NCBI GenBank assembly: GCA_965218095.1
Contig: OZ244587.1
Span: 3,392,001-3,456,000 of the forward strand
DNA length: 64,000 bases
Source of the DNA: Candidatus Poribacteria bacterium
GTDB taxonomy: Bacteria > Poribacteria > WGA-4E > PCPOR2b
Direction of reading: 5' to 3'
Of the stretch, positions 61,290-64,000 are shown one piece after another. Position 1 is the stretch's first letter; the number at the start of each line of letters is the position of its first letter. The position numbers and the translations under genes were made by a program. The notes below the pieces were generated by a model, which saw nothing but the letters and a program-made list of their open reading frames with translations, searched no databases and was not told where the DNA came from.

Positions 61290-62398
61290 GAGGGGTGTGC
61301 ATAAATATAGTTGACATAATCAAGCCAAAAGGGTTTCCTATTGTTATCATAGCAAAAGGAGCCCCAATATGGTACAAAGACCAATGTTGGCTGATTATGT
61401 CACTCTTATTATGCAACTCTTTGAGCAGTTTATGCAACACCGTATTGACAAACCAGGTGTCACACACGCAAAACCATTGACATATTCAACCACCTCGTTT
61501 ATCATTTTCTTCATGTTGATGCAGTTTCACGGCATCTATGGCTTCAAAACGCAATGGCGGTGGCTAATCAATCACCCAGAAGTGTTACAAATGCTGGGGT
61601 GGCAACAGCCCCCTCATCGAACCACGATTGCACGTCGCTATAAGGCATTATATGAAGTGATAGAGGCATTTGTATTGTTTATCGGTCAGTATGCCACTGA
61701 CTTGTCCCAACAATTCAACTTGGCTCATCTGGTAGCCGACAAAAGTTTATTTAAGGCACGAGGACCCGTCTGGCATCAAACTGACCGCAAAGCAGGAAAA
61801 GTACCTAAACATCTACGCAACCTCGACACCGATGCCACGTGGAGCAAGAGTGGTTATCATGGCTGGGTCTATGGCTACGGACTTCACATTATCTGCACAC
61901 AAGGTGCGTTCCCAACACTGATAACTGTGCACCGTGCGTCGGTCTCCGAAAGTTGGGCGATAGATGCTAAAGCGTCTGAGATTCTGACACAACTTTCACC
62001 GCAGACACTCACTGCCGATGATGCCTATACCCAAGCAGACCGTATCCGTCGTTGGGCGAAGGCACAAGTCGCTTTGATTACCCCGGCACTTAGATGGACA
62101 AAGGGACGGTTTGCCAAGGCGTATCATCGATTTATCAACCAACCCAAGCAGCGTCTCTGTTTAAGCAAACGTCGCAGTTCGGTTGAACCGTTGTTTGACT
62201 TGATTGCTAAAGTGATAGGCACCACTCCTCAACAGAAGCAGTTACCGGTCAAGGGGTTTTTCAATGTACGCTGTTGTTTAGCTATCGGGGTGTTATCAGT
62301 GCAAGTGGCTATGATTGCCAATGCCATATGGAAGTTACCTGCTCGCAATATCTCTCATATGGCGGCTGTTTTCCAATGAACTACTATGCACACCCCTC
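61290..62398 (+). mobile_element. Insertion sequence (1109 bp) with 14-bp TIRs and 9-bp TSD
   Basis: GAGGGGTGTGCATA...TATGCACACCCCTC; ATATTATCT at 61281-61289 and 62399-62407. Confidence 0.93.
61369..62379 (+). CDS. DDE transposase (DDE_Tnp_1-like)
   Basis: ADKS, DTDATW...GWVYGYGLH, ADDAY, RRSSVEPLF. Confidence 0.9.
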   Translation: MVQRPMLADYVTLIMQLFEQFMQHRIDKPGVTHAKPLTYSTTSFIIFFMLMQFHGIYGFKTQWRWLINHPEVLQMLGWQQPPHRTTIARRYKALYEVIEAFVLFIGQYATDLSQQFNLAHLVADKSLFKARGPVWHQTDRKAGKVPKHLRNLDTDATWSKSGYHGWVYGYGLHIICTQGAFPTLITVHRASVSESWAIDAKASEILTQLSPQTLTADDAYTQADRIRRWAKAQVALITPALRWTKGRFAKAYHRFINQPKQRLCLSKRRSSVEPLFDLIAKVIGTTPQQKQLPVKGFFNVRCCLAIGVLSVQVAMIANAIWKLPARNISHMAAVFQ

Positions 62399-62813
62399 AT
62401 ATTATCTTAATTATACCAAGATACTAAAATAAGACTATTAGGAGGAAGACAATGACTAACGCGAAAACACAATCAACCTCAAAAGAGAGTGGATTGCTGT
62501 TTCCTGTATCTGATTTCACCAACCCAACCGATCTGGTAGTCAAGCTACGGGCTCCCGGAGACCCGCTATCCCAACTCGCAAAGAATAAATCGTTGTTATG
62601 ACTGGATCTTTGGTCTCAAACTAGCACCATTAGTTATTATCCTCCACGCCTTTGAAGGCGTTTACACTTTTGAACTGAAATCCCTGCAACGCATCGCTGC
62701 CCTGAAGGAAGTTTATGATATGGACTATGACATTCATGCGAGCGATCGGTTCATTGAGGAGACATCACAAACCAAGTGAAAATTTTAGATTGTCACTTGA
62801 TAATCCGACGGTG

Positions 62814-64000
62814 CTAAACCACCCCATTCCGTCGCAATTCCGCAATCGCACTGCCATCCAGCGAAAGTGCATTGGTGAGAATCTTATCGGTGTGCTCCCC
62901 CAGCAGCGGCGGCGGCAGACGCATTTTCGCCGGCGTTTTTGAAAGATTGAGCGGTGTACCAGCCAGCCGCACAGTTTCCGCTGTCGGGTGCGGCATCTCC
63001 ACCAGCATACCTCGCGCCAGCGCCTGTGAGTCAGCGAAAACCTTATCGAGGGTATTGACTGGTCCTGCGGGGACATCGGCATCGGCGCAGAGTTGCAGCC
63101 ATTGGGCGATGGTCTTCTGGTGGAACAAATCTTCCAACATCGGGATTAACACCGCGCGGTGGGCGACGCGCTGCGGATTGGTCGAAAACCGTTTGTCCTT
63201 TGCCCATGCGTTCACCCCCGCCGCCCCACAGAAACGCCTCCACTGCCCATCGTTGCCGATGGCTAAGATTAGGTAATCGTCCGCCGCCTCAAACGCCTGA
63301 TATGGGACAATGCTGGAATGCGCGTTGCCCCAACGTTTTGGCGCCTCGTCCGAGCAGAGGTAATTGCTGCCGACGTTCGCTAGCAGCGCAATCTGCGAAT
63401 CGAGCAGCGCCATGTCAAGGTGCTGTCCCTCACCGGTACGCTCGCGGGCGAACAGCGCGGCGAGGATGGCGTTGCACGCAAACAGCGCCGTGGCGACATC
63501 CACGATGGCGACCCCAACTTTCAAGGGCGGACCGTCGCACTCACCGGTGATAGACATGAAGCCTCCTCGCCCCTGGATGAGGAAGTCGTAGCCGGGCAAC
63601 TCACGGTCGGGACCGGTGTGTCCAAAGCCGCTGATGGAGCAGTAGATCAAGCGCGGGTTGATCACTTTCAGTTCTGCGTAACCCAAACCCATTTCATCCA
63701 AGCCGCCGATACGAAAATTCTCGATCAACACATCACTACGCTCCACGAGTTTCCGTGCGATGCCGATGCCCCGCTCATGCTTGAGGTTAAGCGTGAGACT
63801 TTTCTTGTTGCGGTTGCAGCAGAGGTAATACGCCGACTCGCCGCCGACAAACGGTGGGCCCCAGTGGCGGGTTTCATCGCCGACGCCAGGGCGTTCAACT
63901 TTGATGACCTCCGCGCCTAAATCGCCCAGCATCATCGCACAGTAAGGTCCCGCCAAGTGCCGTGACAAGTCCAGTACCCGTATACTGTCCAATGTACCAA
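62814..64000 (-). CDS. CoA-transferase family III (CaiB/BaiF); start at or beyond the window edge
   Basis: VLDLSRHLAGP, GAEVIKVE, NRNKKS, ISGFG, PPLLGEHT. Confidence 0.93.
   Translation of the reverse strand, partial: GTLDSIRVLDLSRHLAGPYCAMMLGDLGAEVIKVERPGVGDETRHWGPPFVGGESAYYLCCNRNKKSLTLNLKHERGIGIARKLVERSDVLIENFRIGGLDEMGLGYAELKVINPRLIYCSISGFGHTGPDRELPGYDFLIQGRGGFMSITGECDGPPLKVGVAIVDVATALFACNAILAALFARERTGEGQHLDMALLDSQIALLANVGSNYLCSDEAPKRWGNAHSSIVPYQAFEAADDYLILAIGNDGQWRRFCGAAGVNAWAKDKRFSTNPQRVAHRAVLIPMLEDLFHQKTIAQWLQLCADADVPAGPVNTLDKVFADSQALARGMLVEMPHPTAETVRLAGTPLNLSKTPAKMRLPPPLLGEHTDKILTNALSLDGSAIAELRRNGVV

Noticed and set aside
61237-61467. Long N-terminal extension of the dacB ORF
   Set aside because: Runs into the IS; artefact of the insertion.
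62452-62601. 49-codon ORF with an AGGAGG RBS after the IS
   Set aside because: No recognisable family; may be a remnant and cannot be supported.
1-64000. tRNA/rRNA genes and self-targeting spacers
   Set aside because: None recognised by eye; an exhaustive spacer-versus-genome search could not be run.

Overview
Bacterial chromosomal window. The gene content (several PhyH dioxygenases, an LRR + dockerin-like secreted protein, many oxidoreductases) resembles sponge-symbiont Poribacteria; this is inference. The centre is a type I-D CRISPR-Cas locus: cas6, HTH-WYL, cas10d, a separately encoded cas11d-like gene, csc2/cas7, csc1/cas5, cas3', cas1, an inserted REP-associated tyrosine transposase, cas2 and cas4. 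A leader and an ~11.2 kb array follow (about 121 copies of a 37-bp repeat by manual count). The main surprise is at the trailer end, where near-intact repeats flank three gene-sized 'spacers' of 213, 1909 and 233 bp. The 1909-bp one is almost exactly one expression unit: extended -10, AGGAGG RBS, a 619-aa secreted LRR protein, and a stop codon 9 bp before the next repeat. The 233-bp one carries an RBS and a complete 61-aa membrane protein. Normal-sized, partly related spacers then resume, so the array looks like an integron-like gene-cassette platform. The array also has an exact 24-spacer tandem duplication and repeat-sequence strata. The flanks hold a sarcosine-oxidase-type operon split by a DNA methyltransferase, housekeeping genes (hisD, murA, purN, dacB), a highly diverged EF-Tu paralogue, a frameshifted fadN-like gene, an intact IS with a 9-bp TSD, and several families of small dispersed repeats.
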